From contig JAYOYH010000005.1 of the NCBI GenBank assembly GCA_038153405.1, forward strand, positions 1 through 64,000: a DNA stretch of 64,000 nucleotides, read 5' to 3'. The notes under the pieces were generated by a model. The model saw nothing but the letters and a program-made list of their open reading frames with translations. It was not told the origin of the DNA and did not search any database. Source of the stretch: Gemmatimonadota bacterium (GTDB lineage: Bacteria; Latescibacterota; UBA2968; UBA8231). This document shows, piece after piece, positions 19,940 to 29,398 of the stretch. Made by a program: the position numbers and the translations under genes. The first letter of the stretch is position 1, and each line of letters starts with the position of its first letter.

Positions 19940-20521
19940 CTAGTAGATGAAGACCGGACACCCCACGTCTGCGTTTTCGTATAGATAGCGCAGGTCGTCG
20001 GCACCCAAGCGAACGCAGCCATGCGTAATGCTCTTGCCCAAGTTGACCTCAAATAGGGTGCCGTGAATCATGTAGTCCGGTGCAAAATACAGCGCGTATT
20101 CGCCCAACACGCCGCGCTGAAAGCGACGGCTATCTTCGGCAAATATCGGAATCGCTTCATTGTTTTCGATAAAGTCCCACACCGGGCGAATCCACAGGGG
20201 ATCCTGCGCTTTGCGCTCGATCGCAAAGCGGCCCTTTGGCGTGTTAAACTGCCACTTGTGCCACTTCTTTTCTCCCTCCAGCTTGCGCCCACTGCCCGTG
20301 GCACAGATGGCCTCGCGCTCGACCTGACCGTCCCTGCGGAGCTGTAGGCGATTGTCCTGCGTATCGATGACGATGTAGGTATCGGAAAACAGTCGTGCGC
20401 GCACAGCAGCGCGCAGCTGATGGCGGGTTTCTACCCGCTCAGAGGGAGACGAGCCGTCGTCGGCATTAACCACCGCCACGAGGCACGGAAGGAAGAGAAA
20501 GAGGAAATATACGCGCAGCAT
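19940..20521 (-). CDS. L,D-transpeptidase (YkuD family)
   Basis: Signal peptide; TPKG, IHGT...THGCVRL. Confidence 0.9.
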   Translation of the reverse strand: MLRVYFLFLFLPCLVAVVNADDGSSPSERVETRHQLRAAVRARLFSDTYIVIDTQDNRLQLRRDGQVEREAICATGSGRKLEGEKKWHKWQFNTPKGRFAIERKAQDPLWIRPVWDFIENNEAIPIFAEDSRRFQRGVLGEYALYFAPDYMIHGTLFEVNLGKSITHGCVRLGADDLRYLYENADVGCPVFIY

Positions 20522-20526
20522 ATACG

Positions 20527-20563
20527 AAAAAGCGGTCGGGAGGAACCTACCTCCCGACCGCTT
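20527..20563 (-). terminator. Rho-independent terminator after the lipoprotein gene
   Basis: 14-bp stem AAGCGGTCGGGAGG/CCTCCCGACCGCTT, 6-nt loop, T-run on the minus strand. Confidence 0.75.
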
Positions 20564-20586
20564 CTCAATAGGTGAAAGATAGTCTA

Positions 20587-21222
20587 TTATATGCGATCGT
20601 ACCAGGGACGCATTTTCTCGACCAACTCTTCGTATTTCTGCGTCGCGGCCTGCACGCCACTGGCCACCTGCGCGGCCCTGTCCTGCGCGCTTTTGGCACT
20701 GGCCTGAGCTTGGTCAAAATCCTCGCTCGAAACGGCTGAGCGCGCGGCGTTTATATCGGCGTCGGCGCTGCCTAAATCGGCGCGTAGCTGCTCGATATCA
20801 CCCTCTGTCCCCTTGCCCGCGGGCGCGCCGTCAACGCCGACGCGCGCCTGCTGCACGGCCGAAGAAGCGGCTGAAATGGCTCCTTCAGCTGCGCTGCGCT
20901 GGCGGCCCTTCTCCGCGTCGGCAGCGGCCTTGGCGCGATCGGCCTTGGTCTTGGCATCAGCGATCATTTGCTTTGCTTGATCGAAGTTCTTAAACAGCTT
21001 CTCCGCTTCGGTGTTGACCGCCTGTTCGGCACCGCCGTAGGCACCCTGCGCGGCCGAATAGTCGGATGAAGCAAACCGTTCTGCACCGGCGGCGCGCGCC
21101 GCATCCAACGCTTGCTTTGCCGCGGCCAGATCAGATGTGGGGGGCTCGCCGCCACAGCCGACAATCAGCGCCAGACTAGCCAGGGCCCAAAAGAGCGAAA
21201 CAACCCGCATTTTCATGATCAC
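20587..21222 (-). CDS. Alanine-rich helical lipoprotein (DUF4398-like)
   Basis: Lipobox IVGC; PP...AAKQALDAARAAGAERFA; Ala-rich coiled coil. Confidence 0.75.
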   Translation of the reverse strand: MIMKMRVVSLFWALASLALIVGCGGEPPTSDLAAAKQALDAARAAGAERFASSDYSAAQGAYGGAEQAVNTEAEKLFKNFDQAKQMIADAKTKADRAKAAADAEKGRQRSAAEGAISAASSAVQQARVGVDGAPAGKGTEGDIEQLRADLGSADADINAARSAVSSEDFDQAQASAKSAQDRAAQVASGVQAATQKYEELVEKMRPWYDRI

Positions 21223-21281
21223 CTTCCCGTCGTAATAACGGCGTTTTCAATCGTTTAAAACGCACCAGATAGAGCAAAAAC

Positions 21282-21311
21282 AATCTAAAAATAAGCATGT
21301 AGGCTTGTCAA
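21282..21311 (-). promoter_or_regulatory. Sigma70-type promoter
   Basis: Minus strand TTGACA-N18-TAGATT upstream of the lipoprotein gene. Confidence 0.55.
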
Positions 21312-21326
21312 GCACAAAACGCCCAT

Positions 21327-21638
21327 TTAGTCGCTCTCTTCGCCTTCCACCACGGGCGAGCGACGGCGCGTCTTCGTGCGCTCCTCGCGAATCTGTTCCT
21401 GCAGGGCCAGATACTCGCGTTCGAGCGCTTCGACTTCTTCCTTGGTGGGTTCCAGTTCGCTCTGGGCCTTTTCCAACCCACTGCGCGCTTCGACTATGCG
21501 GCGTTCCAATTCGACCCGCGCCGACTCAAGGCGCTGGATGCGCGGTTCGACAACCCCCTTGTATTTGATGAAATCCATGGCGATCTGAAAGGCAAAAAAC
21601 AGACAGCCAATAGCCAGAATTGCAATAACCCATTCCAT
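21327..21638 (-). CDS. Membrane-anchored coiled-coil hypothetical protein
   Basis: N-terminal TM helix followed by an E/R/L heptad region. Confidence 0.7.
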   Translation of the reverse strand: MEWVIAILAIGCLFFAFQIAMDFIKYKGVVEPRIQRLESARVELERRIVEARSGLEKAQSELEPTKEEVEALEREYLALQEQIREERTKTRRRSPVVEGEESD

Positions 21639-21838
21639 CAGTAACCTGAATCCTCGTCGCTCCCGACGTAATCATCGTCTTCGCCCTGCGCTTCGTAAAT
21701 CCACCCGCAGTGGGGGCACAGCGGCGCCTCGGCGTCCTCGCGGCGCTCATTGCACTGCGGACAGCGCGCGGCAAAAGGCTTCAAATACCGCAGCGCAATT
21801 ACGACCAGCAGCAGGCAGGCAAACGCAGTAGCAAGCAC
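21638..21838 (-). CDS. Small membrane-anchored Zn-ribbon protein
   Basis: TM helix, CPQC...CPHCG, acidic tail; stop overlaps next start. Confidence 0.6.
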   Translation of the reverse strand: MLATAFACLLLVVIALRYLKPFAARCPQCNERREDAEAPLCPHCGWIYEAQGEDDDYVGSDEDSGY

Positions 21839-21850
21839 CTTAGTGGGCGC

Positions 21851-22321
21851 TTAAGACGAAGATAGTGATGAAACGAGGGCGTTGGAGTCGCGCAGGCGCC
21901 GGGCGAGAACGCGGGCAATATTGCGCAAAATTACGACCTGTGCATTGGCGAATTGGGCAAAAAAATCGTTGAGCGCCGCCAGGGGGAGTTTCAGCAACAA
22001 GGCACTGCCGGATGCACAGACTGTCGCCGAACGCGGACCTGGATCGGCTATGGATATTTCGCCGAAAAACGCACCGCGCCGATCCAACTGCGCCAGTTCG
22101 ATCTCGCGCCCTTGGGCATCGCACGTCGATATCGACAATTTGCCGTCGCAAAGAAGAAAGATCGCGTCGCCCAACGAGCCTTCTTTCACAACGATTTGTC
22201 CATCGGCAAAATCATCCACCTCGGCGTATGCTAACAGGCCGTTAATCTCGACCTCACTCAGGCCTTCAAACAGAGGCGAGCCCTCTAGTAAAGAAAACAT
22301 AAAATCCAATTTATCAACCAC
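21851..22321 (-). CDS. Stand-alone cyclic-nucleotide-binding domain protein
   Basis: PLFEGLS, FFGEISIADPGPRSATV, LARRLR; no HTH. Confidence 0.85.
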   Translation of the reverse strand: MVDKLDFMFSLLEGSPLFEGLSEVEINGLLAYAEVDDFADGQIVVKEGSLGDAIFLLCDGKLSISTCDAQGREIELAQLDRRGAFFGEISIADPGPRSATVCASGSALLLKLPLAALNDFFAQFANAQVVILRNIARVLARRLRDSNALVSSLSSS

Positions 22322-22807
22322 TTATATGAGTCCTCTACTGCTTGTCCCGTTCTCCAATGCGAGTTTGGCAATCAACTCATCGGCATCGCGCAGACGCAGC
22401 GAGAGATTGCGGGCGATATTGAGTATGAGCGTCATCTGCACGCGCGGCACTTTTGTGAACAGGGTCGTGAGAACCCGTTTGGGAAAGGCCAAAATGCGCG
22501 TCTGCTCGCCGGCAACTACGCTGGCCGAGCGCGGCAGAATATCGATGAGTGACATCTCGCCAAAGAACTCGCCGCTATCTTCGAGAACGCATAGCTCGAC
22601 AACGGCATCGCCGGCGACCTTTGTCACGCGCACAGATCCACCGGCCAGAATAAACAAACAATCGCTCGGCGTGCCCTCTTCGACAATTCGATCGCCAGCC
22701 TCGTAGAGACGGCGCTCAGCCGTACTCAGCAGGGACTCTAAATCGTCTTCACCCATTCCATGCAAGAGCGGCGAGGACCGCAATACCCCAAGTTCGGGCG
22801 CTGACAT
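22322..22807 (-). CDS. Stand-alone cyclic-nucleotide-binding domain protein
   Basis: FFGEMSLIDILPRSASV, LSLRLR; no HTH. Confidence 0.85.
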   Translation of the reverse strand: MSAPELGVLRSSPLLHGMGEDDLESLLSTAERRLYEAGDRIVEEGTPSDCLFILAGGSVRVTKVAGDAVVELCVLEDSGEFFGEMSLIDILPRSASVVAGEQTRILAFPKRVLTTLFTKVPRVQMTLILNIARNLSLRLRDADELIAKLALENGTSSRGLI

Positions 22808-22852
22808 ATAGCTAACCTATCTGAAGTTAACGGGATTCACACATACGACTTC

Positions 22853-22882
22853 AATATAGATTTGCTGCCTGCAACGCGTCAA
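22853..22882 (-). promoter_or_regulatory. Sigma70-type promoter
   Basis: Minus strand TTGACG-N18-TATATT upstream of the cNMP genes. Confidence 0.55.
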
Positions 22883-22963
22883 GCGATTTTTCTTTGATCA
22901 CCTATATTACTGTGCGGCAACAGAATAGCCACTCCGTCTATGCGCTCGTGCAAACAGTCAACG

Positions 22964-23797
22964 CTAGTAGCGACGGCGCATGGCCTGCATCTTGCGCAGC
23001 TGCCGACGACGGCCCCAACGACTGCGCTTTTGGCGCTGGCGCCGCCCCAACGGCGGTTGTACCTGCCCGCTCTCAATAAGGTCGTCGAGGACCTGGTTGA
23101 GCAGATCGGGATAGTTTGTAATCAGACCCTGTACGCCCATCATCGCCAAATCGCGCATGGCGATCTCATCGTCGACGGTCCAGCCCCAAACGGCAATGCC
23201 CCGCCGACGCATTTCCTCGATTAACGGCGGCGTGAGCGTCGCATGCCAAACGGACAGCGCGTTGGCGCCAACTTCCAGCACCTGCGTCACCAGGCGACGA
23301 GCGCGCACGCGCGACGGCGTGGTCGGCAGCTGCCCCACCAGCAGGGCAGCCGGCAGTTGGGGAGCCAACAGCTTGGCGCGCTGCACCGTTTGCGGATTAA
23401 ACGACTGCAAGATGACTTGCTCTTCGGCCCTCGACTCAAAAACGGCCTGCAGCACGCGTTCAGCAATAAAGTCCGATTTGATCTCCAACAGCACCTGCGC
23501 TCGGTGCCGCGCCAGATCGAGCACTTCGACCAGAAGCGGCACGCGCTCGCCGTTGCCGGCATCGGCCTGGCGCACTTGCTCCAGCGTCAGATCGCGCACC
23601 AGCCCCTGGCGATCGGTCGTGCGATCGAGGCTGGGATCGTGCAGAACGATCAGGTGGCCATCGCCGGTAATGCGCACGTCGATCTCCAGCATATCGACGC
23701 CAATAGCAATGGCCTTTTCAAAGGCCGCCAGCGTGTTTTCAGGCGCCAAGCCGCGGCCGGAAGCACCGCGGTGGGCAATGCGCAGGGGAGGTATCAC
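22964..23797 (-). CDS. Glycerophosphodiester phosphodiesterase
   Basis: IAHRGAS, PENT, EIDV, HD...RTT, EIK, WTVD, ITNYP. Confidence 0.9.
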   Translation of the reverse strand: MIPPLRIAHRGASGRGLAPENTLAAFEKAIAIGVDMLEIDVRITGDGHLIVLHDPSLDRTTDRQGLVRDLTLEQVRQADAGNGERVPLLVEVLDLARHRAQVLLEIKSDFIAERVLQAVFESRAEEQVILQSFNPQTVQRAKLLAPQLPAALLVGQLPTTPSRVRARRLVTQVLEVGANALSVWHATLTPPLIEEMRRRGIAVWGWTVDDEIAMRDLAMMGVQGLITNYPDLLNQVLDDLIESGQVQPPLGRRQRQKRSRWGRRRQLRKMQAMRRRY

Positions 23798-23799
23798 GG

Positions 23800-25008
23800 C
23801 TAGGCACCAAACTTGTCCAGGCGCTGGGCGTGTGCCAGCGCCAGCGACATCAGCGTCGATGAAGGCATGACTCCAAGGCTACCCTGCTGGCAGCCGCGCT
23901 CGGAGAATGTCTCCGCCGCATCGGCCAGCGCGAAATCGCTGTGTATGAGCGTGGGAACCGGGTGCCAGCTGTGGCTGCGCATGATCGACGGCGTCGAGTG
24001 ATCGCCGGTTACCACGACCACGTCCGGCTTTTGTGCCAGCAGGCGCGGCACGTGCGAATCCACGTCTTCAAGCAAGGCCACTTTGCGATCAAAATCCCCG
24101 TCTTCGCCAGCGCTGTCGGTTTTTTTGACGTGCATATAAACGTAGTCATACTCGGCAAAGCGCTCCTCGTATACTCGGCACTCCGACTCGAGGTCCCACC
24201 CTACCTCTACCGTATCCATCCCCACGGCACCGGCGACTCCTCGGTACATCGGGTAGCCGGCAATGCCCAAGGCGCGCAGTCCGTACACCTCATCGAACTG
24301 TGCCAGTTCTGGGTAGCGGCCAAATCCGCGCATCAACACCATGTTAGCCGGACTCTGGTCGGCCAGGATCTGCCGGGCTTGGTCGAGGAACGCATTGGCT
24401 ACTTCGACCATGCGCTCGGAAGACGCATCGTGTGCGGCCAGCGGCCGCGGCGGCACGCCCGTGACCTGCGGGTCGGAGTCACCCACCGCGTCGCGGAGGC
24501 CATCACCGCGAAACACCACGCCGGCGCGGTACTCCATTTCCGCCGCCACGGTCACCTGCACGCCGGGAATGTCGATCGCCCCGAGCAGTTGGCACAGTTC
24601 GCGGCCCTTTTCGGTGGAAATGCGCCCGGCGCGTCTATCCGTCACGTTGCCGTCGGCATCCACCGTGCAAAAGTTGAGGCGCGAGGCCACATCGCCGGGG
24701 CGAAAGTCAACGCCTAGGCCCAACGCCGAAAGCGCGCCGCGACCGATTTCGCTCTTCCACGGATCATAGCCAAAGAGCGCCAGATGAGCCGGTCCGCTGC
24801 CCGGCGTGAAACCGCCGCCCAGTGGCGAAATAAGCCCACAGCTACCGGCGGCGGCCAGCGCATCGAGGTTGGGCAGTTGAGCCGTTTCCAATTCGGACAG
24901 CCCTGTTGCCGGATGGGGCAATCCGCCAAGTCCATCAATGACCAGCATGAGAATTTTGCTCTTGGCTCCGCGGATGCACAGATCGCGCGTGTATTCGCTG
25001 CTAATCAT
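23800..25008 (-). CDS. apgM: 2,3-BPG-independent phosphoglycerate mutase, ApgM type
   Basis: IDGLG, PGSGPAHLALFGYDP, DRRAGRI, HVKKTDSAGEDG, TGDHSTP, HSWHPVP. Confidence 0.9.
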   Translation of the reverse strand: MISSEYTRDLCIRGAKSKILMLVIDGLGGLPHPATGLSELETAQLPNLDALAAAGSCGLISPLGGGFTPGSGPAHLALFGYDPWKSEIGRGALSALGLGVDFRPGDVASRLNFCTVDADGNVTDRRAGRISTEKGRELCQLLGAIDIPGVQVTVAAEMEYRAGVVFRGDGLRDAVGDSDPQVTGVPPRPLAAHDASSERMVEVANAFLDQARQILADQSPANMVLMRGFGRYPELAQFDEVYGLRALGIAGYPMYRGVAGAVGMDTVEVGWDLESECRVYEERFAEYDYVYMHVKKTDSAGEDGDFDRKVALLEDVDSHVPRLLAQKPDVVVVTGDHSTPSIMRSHSWHPVPTLIHSDFALADAAETFSERGCQQGSLGVMPSSTLMSLALAHAQRLDKFGA

Positions 25009-25015
25009 CCCCCAA

Positions 25016-26686
25016 TCACCTTTCTATATACATGTCTCGTACAACCATTTGCACAGCGCCACCGCCGGCAAAAGAATCCTCTTCGAGTTCGAAGGCCGCG
25101 CTCACGCGCTGGCCGGGATGCATTCTATCAGCCACGTCGCCGCGGTTCCACCACAGGGCATTGCAGTGTCTACCATCCGCTTCAATCTCTACCTTGAGAT
25201 GGCTGCCCCCCTTGCCGATCTGTCGTCGCGAAAGCACCTTGCACCCACGCATGGCAAAGAGCGGCGCCTCATTGCCATTGCCAAAGGGCTCCAACGAGGC
25301 GAGTGCTTCAATCGTGCTGATGTGCAAATCGCGCGCGGCCAGTTCGATGTCGACATTGAGCTCAGCCTGCATCTGTTCGGCGCCGATATGGGCGTTGGCG
25401 TGTTCGATTAGCCGCATGCGAAATGCCTCAAATGCGTCCGCGCGCAGGGAGAATCCGGCGGCCGCCGGATGCCCCCCATAGGCGACCAAGTGATCGGCAC
25501 AGGCACTTATGCCCTGGCTGATGTCATAACCGGGAATGCTGCGGGCCGAACCCACGTACAGTCCATCTCCGGCGTCTTCGCTGCACACGACGGCGGGACG
25601 CATGTGTTTTTCGCACAGCTTTCCCGCCAACAGTCCGACGATGCCGAGCTTCCAATCGCCGAGCACGACGACGATGCGGTCGCGCTGCAAATCCTCATCG
25701 CTCACGAGGCTTTCGGCCTCTTCTATACCCTCTCGCTGCAGGGCCTGACGCCGCGCATTTAGCTTGTTTAACTCGTCGGCCAACTGAGCGGCCTGCGCAT
25801 CGCTGCGCGCCCGCAGCAGATCCAGGGCGATATCCGGTTTTTCCAGCCGCCCGGCCACGTTAATGCGCGGCCCCAAATGAAATCCGACCCCCGTCGTCTT
25901 TACCGGCTTTTCGGCATACCCGGCCACGGCCTTGAGCTGGCGCAGTCCAGGCCGCGTCGTGCTGTTGAGAATCTGCAATCCGCGCTGAACGAAGACCCTG
26001 TTCTCTCCCAGCACCGGCATAACGTCGGCCACGGTGCCCAAGACGACCAAATCCAGCAGACTATTCAAATAGCGGCGGCGCTCATCGCCCGCAAAGAACG
26101 ACTCACTGAGCGCCTGCACGAGCTTGAAGGTAACGCCAACCCCCGCGAGTTCCTTAAAGGGATACGAACAGTCGCGGCGGTTGGGGTTGACGATGGCCAG
26201 CGCATCGGGCAGGTTGTCTAGCTGCTGGTGATGATCTACGACGATCACGTCGACGCTGCGCTGCCGCGCTAGGGCGAGGGCCTCAAAAGCCGAGATGCCG
26301 TTGTCCACCGTCACAATGAGCTTGGCGCCCAACGCTAGCGCGCGCTCGACGCCCGGTGGCTTTAGGCCATAGCCATCTACGTGGCGGTCGGGCAGCAGAT
26401 AGGCGCAGTCCGCTCCTACGGCCTCGAGAAAGTCCAGCATGACGGCTGTGCTCGATACGCCGTCCACATCATAGTCTCCAAATACGACGATCTTCTCGCG
26501 CTGGGCGATGGCCCGTACGATGCGCTCGACCGCTCGGTCCATATCGCGCAGCAGCGAGGGATCGTGCATGACTTCTGGACCGACGTCCAAATCCGCTCGA
26601 CAGAGCGAACGCACGCCCAGTATGGCATCCACGAGCGAATCGTAGGACGCAGTGTGGCGAATGTTCCAGACGGGATAAAGGCGCAT
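25016..26686 (-). CDS. recJ: Single-stranded DNA exonuclease RecJ
   Basis: GDYDVDG, TVDNG, DHH, GTVADV, PRINVAGRL, GSARS, GGHPAAAG, EPFGNGN. Confidence 0.95.
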   Translation of the reverse strand: MRLYPVWNIRHTASYDSLVDAILGVRSLCRADLDVGPEVMHDPSLLRDMDRAVERIVRAIAQREKIVVFGDYDVDGVSSTAVMLDFLEAVGADCAYLLPDRHVDGYGLKPPGVERALALGAKLIVTVDNGISAFEALALARQRSVDVIVVDHHQQLDNLPDALAIVNPNRRDCSYPFKELAGVGVTFKLVQALSESFFAGDERRRYLNSLLDLVVLGTVADVMPVLGENRVFVQRGLQILNSTTRPGLRQLKAVAGYAEKPVKTTGVGFHLGPRINVAGRLEKPDIALDLLRARSDAQAAQLADELNKLNARRQALQREGIEEAESLVSDEDLQRDRIVVVLGDWKLGIVGLLAGKLCEKHMRPAVVCSEDAGDGLYVGSARSIPGYDISQGISACADHLVAYGGHPAAAGFSLRADAFEAFRMRLIEHANAHIGAEQMQAELNVDIELAARDLHISTIEALASLEPFGNGNEAPLFAMRGCKVLSRRQIGKGGSHLKVEIEADGRHCNALWWNRGDVADRMHPGQRVSAAFELEEDSFAGGGAVQMVVRDMYIER

Positions 26687-26735
26687 GGGTAAACAGCGGT
26701 TCTTGTGAACTAAGTACACAACTGTACGACCGAGC

Positions 26736-26765
26736 AATATAGACTCCTGAGGAAAATCTCGTCAA
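26736..26765 (-). promoter_or_regulatory. Sigma70-type promoter of recJ
   Basis: Minus strand TTGACG-N18-TATATT. Confidence 0.5.
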
Positions 26766-26846
26766 GAGCGGCCGTCTCGCGCTTGCCCCTCTCTGGGGGT
26801 TGCTTAGATTTACCGACAAAGAACGCCTGCACCCCAGGAGCTGATC

Positions 26847-28085
26847 TTGCTTTTTCTGCGCCCCCTTTACACTGCGCTTTTTGCCCTTACCGCGACCACC
26901 GTACATGCCGGCCCCAACGCCGGCGTGGAAATTGAGCTCACCCGTCTTTCACCGGCCTGCGGTCTCGGTGCGGGCCAGCGCATCGAGTTTCTCGTCCACG
27001 CGCGACAAATGGAGGGGGTGCGCCAGATAAAGTTCGACTTTCATTGGACGCCATCGGGTGCCGTAACGTCAGCCGTCGGCGGCACGGGTGCCGCGACGGA
27101 ATCCAAGTCGTTTATCGCACCCGGTCCTCCGCAAATCGAAGGCGACACCGCCGGCTATGGCATGGCCGTTTTCGGCGGCAACGGGCTCAGCGGCGACGGC
27201 GAGTTGGCCCTTTTGGGCTTTGAAATCGCCCCGGACATCCCCCCGGATACTCCGCTTGCACTCTACCTCGATTTGGTATCGTTGGGCCCCTCATCCACCG
27301 AGCGCGACACAGTCTATCCAATAGGAGCCATGGCGTTGGCCAACTATTGCGATGCGGCAGGTCAGCCGTTGGACGGCGGCGTTTTCATCGAATCCTCGGC
27401 GTCTACGCGCCTCTACTCTAGCGCAGAGCAGGCGGTGCTCAGCGATGCCAGCCAGGGAGAGATAGACCTTGTTGCACGCCTCTTGGAAGGGCCGGTCTTT
27501 GGCGCGGGGCGCGACGTGACGTGGCAGGTGGACAACCCCGGCCCCGGCACCCTATACGCGCTGGCAGACGACCGCACGCTGTCTATAGACCCAGGCGAAA
27601 TAGCCGAGGTGCAAGGCGTAAGCGACCGCCAGGGCAGCGCTCAGCTCCGCTTAGATGCCAGCGGACAAACAGGAGAAACTGCAGCGCGCGTCAGGGCCTG
27701 TGCCGCGCCGCCGGAACCGCTGCTGTGCGACGAGCAACTGCTCGTATGGCGAGCGCCGATCACCGCCGTCACCGAAACAGCAGGGCCGGCGCAACCCGGC
27801 GAGAGCCACCTGCAGTTGAACTACCCCAATCCATTCAATGCCGGCACGGAGTTGGCGTTCGACATTGGCACAGACGACGCCAACGCTCCTGTTTCGGTGG
27901 TCATCTACAGCACACTCGGCCAGCGCGTAGCGACGCTGTTTGACGCGGTACCCACGGCAGGGCGCCACCGCGCATACTGGGACGGGCGCCACGAGGGCGG
28001 CCAAGCGGCGGCCAGTGGAATCTACTTCGCGCGATTCACATCCACTAGCGTCACTCAGGTGCGGCGCATGCTGCTCCTGCGCTAA
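26847..28085 (+). CDS. Secreted protein with C-terminal Por/T9SS-like (FlgD-Ig) tail
   Basis: Signal peptide ending VHA; NYPNPFN...GQRVATL...WDG...ASGIYF...RMLLLR. Confidence 0.75.
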   Translation: MLFLRPLYTALFALTATTVHAGPNAGVEIELTRLSPACGLGAGQRIEFLVHARQMEGVRQIKFDFHWTPSGAVTSAVGGTGAATESKSFIAPGPPQIEGDTAGYGMAVFGGNGLSGDGELALLGFEIAPDIPPDTPLALYLDLVSLGPSSTERDTVYPIGAMALANYCDAAGQPLDGGVFIESSASTRLYSSAEQAVLSDASQGEIDLVARLLEGPVFGAGRDVTWQVDNPGPGTLYALADDRTLSIDPGEIAEVQGVSDRQGSAQLRLDASGQTGETAARVRACAAPPEPLLCDEQLLVWRAPITAVTETAGPAQPGESHLQLNYPNPFNAGTELAFDIGTDDANAPVSVVIYSTLGQRVATLFDAVPTAGRHRAYWDGRHEGGQAAASGIYFARFTSTSVTQVRRMLLLR

Positions 28086-29398
28086 TGAGACACGGCGACC
28101 CTGCGCGCGCTGCTGCGCTGATGCTGTTGGAACGCTGGGAGCAGCGCCACATCCCGATCGACGAGCTGCTGCCCGAGCTGGATGCCGCCCTGCCCGATGG
28201 ACGCGACCAGCGTTTTGCCCGCCAACTGGTGCTCGGCGTCCTGCGCTGGCGGTTGCGTCTAGACTGGATTATCGGGCACTTCTGCCGCCGCCCGGTCGAT
28301 GAGTTAGAAGCGCGGGTGCTGACGATCCTACGCCTCGGCGTACTGCAAGTTGGCTTTATGGACCGCGTGCCCGAACGCGCTGCGGTACACTCCTCTGTCG
28401 AGCTGGCCAAGCGCCACGGCGCCCGTTCGGCCAGCGGCCTGATCAATGCCATCTTGCGCGCCTTTATTCGACAGCCCAACCGAGTCCGCTACCCCGATCC
28501 CAATGGCGAAGCGGCGCGCTACCTATCGCTCTACAATTCGCATCCACAGTGGCTTGTTGAACGCTGGTTAGAGCGCATGGGACGAGAACAGACGCATCGA
28601 CTCATCGAAGCCAACAACCTGCCAGCGCCCGTCTGGCTGCGCCCCAATCCGCTGCGCAGCACGGCAGAGGCCCTCTCCAGCGAACTCGAGCTAGAGCATG
28701 GCCCCCATGGCTATCTGCGCGCGCTGGAACCGCGAGCGGTCTTTCGCTCTGCAGTCTATGCCGACGGCGGCTTTCAGGTACAGGATCCCAGCGCCGGAAT
28801 GGCCGTGGCCCTGCTCGACCCCCAACCCGGCGAGCGCATATTGGATGCGTGCAGTGCACCCGGCGGCAAGTCCACGCAAATAGCCGAGCGGATGAACGAT
28901 CGCGGATGCGTGGTAGCGGCCGACCTTTCTCTGCGGCGCCTGCAGCGGCTGCGCGAAAACGCCCAGCGCCTTCACCTGCACTGCATACACCCAGTGACCT
29001 GGGATGCCTGCACGGCAGGGAGAGCGCACTTCGATCGCATTCTGGTCGATGCCCCGTGCAGCGGCACCGGCATTATGGGACGACATCCCGATGCGCGCTG
29101 GACCAAGGACATCGACCAACTGCCCGCTCTAGTCGCGCGCCAGAACGCTATACTCGCTGCTGCATTTACCCACCTGCGCCCCGGCGGCGTGCTGGTCTAC
29201 AGCACCTGCAGTTTGGAAAGAGAGGAAAACGAAGAAGTCGTCGAAGCGCTCCTCAACGTAACGCCGACGGCGCGCGTGGAAGAAGCGCGAGACTACCTGC
29301 GCGACGACGAACGCGCGGCGCGCTATGCGCAGGCTCTTCCGGGCCAACACCCCGGCGACGGCGCCTTTGCCGCGCGCATACGCAAGGTCGCCACGTGA
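28085..29398 (+). CDS. rsmB: 16S rRNA m5C967 methyltransferase
   Basis: NusB-like N-terminus; SHPQWL, QD, LDACSAPGGKS, DAPCSGTG, YSTCS. Confidence 0.93.
   Translation: MRHGDPARAAALMLLERWEQRHIPIDELLPELDAALPDGRDQRFARQLVLGVLRWRLRLDWIIGHFCRRPVDELEARVLTILRLGVLQVGFMDRVPERAAVHSSVELAKRHGARSASGLINAILRAFIRQPNRVRYPDPNGEAARYLSLYNSHPQWLVERWLERMGREQTHRLIEANNLPAPVWLRPNPLRSTAEALSSELELEHGPHGYLRALEPRAVFRSAVYADGGFQVQDPSAGMAVALLDPQPGERILDACSAPGGKSTQIAERMNDRGCVVAADLSLRRLQRLRENAQRLHLHCIHPVTWDACTAGRAHFDRILVDAPCSGTGIMGRHPDARWTKDIDQLPALVARQNAILAAAFTHLRPGGVLVYSTCSLEREENEEVVEALLNVTPTARVEEARDYLRDDERAARYAQALPGQHPGDGAFAARIRKVAT

Noticed and set aside
23800..25008. Archaeal-type apgM as evidence of transfer from archaea
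   Set aside because: ApgM-type mutases occur in many bacterial phyla; nothing in the context indicates recent transfer.
28849..29394. Long N-terminal extension of the PASTA ORF
   Set aside because: Overlaps rsmB in another frame; the GTG at 29395 gives a normal TM-PASTA protein.
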